From Paraphysomonas bandaiensis (Eukaryota; Protista; Chrysophyceae): DNA of 64,000 nt. Of this stretch, positions 61,745 through 64,000 are shown piece after piece (the first letter of the stretch is position 1; each line of letters begins with the position of its first letter). A program made the position numbers and the translations under genes. The stretch spans positions 62,001 through 126,000 of the forward strand of contig CBFFRP010000075.1 in assembly GCA_965644295.1 (NCBI GenBank). Reading direction: 5' to 3'. The notes beneath the pieces are model-generated. The model saw nothing but the letters and a program-made list of their open reading frames with translations. It was not told the origin of the DNA and ran no database searches.

Positions 61745-63216
61745 GTATCGTAGGCTGCATATTTTCTATAATACTATGATGTACTATTAATAAACAAGTG
61801 ACTTAAGTAAACAGTAGGTTGATCTTGTAGCATAGCAATATCTCGTTTATTATGCTACTAATAACTAATACATTATTTGTGGAAGGTCAGCTTAGTGCCT
61901 ACTGTAACTAATAAGCGCTATTGATGCCAGTATAAGCTACGCCAGCATGAAAGTAAGCCCTGCTTATATAGCGTATAAAATTGTGTAGTACACAATTTGA
62001 TTCGGATCAAGCGGAAGACCTATCTATACAGCTTTATGTAATAATTAATATATATCCTTTAATATAGCTTATAGTAGTGATATATCTCATCCTCAAGGAA
62101 GTGTTATTTTGAAATTAAGAAGACTTCGTTTACCCTAGTCAGAGCCAGATCAGTAGATGGATGAACAAACTAGTCGAATAACATTTATACATATAAATTC
62201 TGTTTATTAGCAATAGGCGTTTCAGAGTATGAACCAGCCTAGTAACTAGATGAACAGACTTGTTAAAGCTAGTGTAGCTATAATACCCTAATCGAATAGT
62301 TTTGTATGACGGGAGATTACACTCGACTCGTGCCATTGGAGTATTCTGGTTTGGGGGAATCGATTGTCCCACAACGTTGTAATGTTTTGAAGCAATATTG
62401 ACGTGAGTATCGCGTGGATTTCGAAAAGTCCATATACTTCTTACTTGATATTATCAAAATTCGTTTTGTTGTGAATAGAATGGTGAACAAACAGGCATTC
62501 TTGAATTAATGATATATTAAAATTAAAAAGGGACTTATATAACCACCTCAAAAGAAAGCTTACTGATTACTAGTGAGCTGTTAATTCAAATAATTTAATA
62601 ATAACCTAACGTTCCGACAGAAAAATAAATATGAATCGTCAGGAATCATCCGTGTGTTACCGCATGATCTGCTGAAGATCATATCTGGTGGGTTGAGTAG
62701 CTCCGTGGTTCCTCTTCGACAGCGAGGGTCTGGAGTCCGACGAGAACACGATCCTGACATTCACCAAATGATGAGGTGATGTCTTCGGAGTAACGCAAGG
62801 CTCAATATGGAAATATTGCGGAATTAATCATCTGTCATGACATCGATAGACCTTGTCTCAATCAAAGTAAGGAGCACAACCGACTCATAACTGGAGTAGC
62901 TATTACACTTCCCTTCCTGCCTTTAGTTTTGGACAGCAGTGATGGTCTGACCTCACATGTCCAGGCATGCTCAGTGACATTGGCCCAAAAACGGGGGCAC
63001 AAACACACCTTCAACGGACACACACTGAACGGAGATGATGCATTAGGTGAACCGTCATACATCGTATGGTATGGAATACACACTCCACACGCACCCAGCT
63101 CATATACATGTCTGTATACTGTGTATGCACGTATAACACGCAAATGAGGAGTTTGAGCTGAAGGCCGGGACGTCGTATTGGACCCTTAATACGACCTGAT
63201 CTGAATATTGTCAATA

Positions 63217-64000
63217 ATGAAGTTACGTCACCTGGAGAGTGCTCTGGATTCAGTAGATGTGTTTGAGGACCCTAAGATTCATCTGGAGCAGATCCCCACA
63301 TCTGCTCATCTAGCCTCACGAATGATACACACCGCCGCCGAGACATACGGGGACATCGACGAGAGATTTGTTGGTGATTTCGGGGTAGGGACGGGTATGT
63401 TGGTAAGAGAATGAGGCGCATATACTGTGCTGTCTGTCTTGACTCGTCTTCTCCTTATCAGAGCATAGCCTCCAGATTGATGGGTGCGTATCATGTGGTT
63501 GGAGTAGATGTCGATCAAGAAGCTCTGGATACTGCATGGGTAAATTTAAAAAAGAATGAAATAGATTGTGTAGATCTTATTCAGAGTGATGTTCAATCTA
63601 TATCTTTCTCCTGGGGTAAATGCATCGACTGCGTACATTTGTCTTATGTAATGATTGCGTAAATAGATTTCGACACAGTCGTAATGAATCCTCCGTTCGG
63701 AACAAGAAATACAGGAATAGATACACTTTTTATGTGCAAGGCAATGGAGGTATGGAACTATTCTACTGCGCATATTTTGTTTTAATACCCCCTCAGAGCT
63801 CATCTGTAGTGTACTCCCTACACAAGACTAGTACTAGACCGGTATGCTCATTAGTCCTGGTCATTACATAATAATTGTCTTTACAGCATTTTTTGAAATT
63901 GGCTGAGAGGAATGGCTGGACACTGGAAGTTCTCGCGGAAATGCGGTATGATATACCACGAACACACAAGTTTCACAAACAGAAATCGAAGGACATTGAA
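63217..64000 (+). CDS. METTL5: rRNA N6-adenosine methyltransferase METTL5 (multi-exon, runs off the window)
   Basis: MKLRHLESAL...FEDPKIHLEQ, VGDFGVGTGML, GVDVD, FDTVVMNPPFG, VYSLHKTSTR and AEMRYDIP. Confidence 0.92.

Noticed and set aside
63150-63220. TPP-riboswitch-like words (accc...acctgatctg) in the METTL5 leader
   Set aside because: It lacks the CUGAGA and closing CGUAGGG elements; only a simple gtcgtatt/aatacgac hairpin is evident, and the gene is unrelated to thiamine.
1-64000. Prokaryotic systems (CRISPR, operons) or a reassigned genetic code
   Set aside because: No repeat-spacer array; split ORFs are explained by GT-AG introns, and TAA, TAG and TGA all terminate conserved genes.

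Overview
Gene-dense eukaryotic nuclear DNA with short (~45-110 bp) GT-AG introns and mostly divergent gene pairs. It is probably from a stramenopile with a red secondary plastid (ochrophyte/chrysophyte-like), inferred from a signal-peptide-bearing Ufd1. There are about 20 host genes: UBL protein, aldo-keto reductase, sUfd1-like, TBP, deoxynucleoside kinase, MINDY DUB, GH2/LacZ-like, MutY, AMPK-gamma-like, SUZ12, JMJD6, TMEM181-lipase fusion, GT47-like, FHA/NIPP1-like, ATP synthase b, a Crypton-like domain protein and METTL5. Mobile DNA includes an intact Ty1/copia element with TA...TA LTR ends nested in a hAT MITE, a solo LTR, a decayed copia, two 5'-truncated LINE-like inserts with TSDs, a SINE-like family sharing their tail, a MULE-like MITE and two long (TATG)n arrays. 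The top candidates for novelty are (1) a mitochondrial ATP synthase subunit b carrying an N-terminal IF1-like inhibitor helix, (2) a Wntless/TMEM181-like membrane domain fused to a class-3 lipase and (3) a LacZ-like protein lacking its acid/base glutamate. All family assignments come from motif recognition by eye, not database searches.
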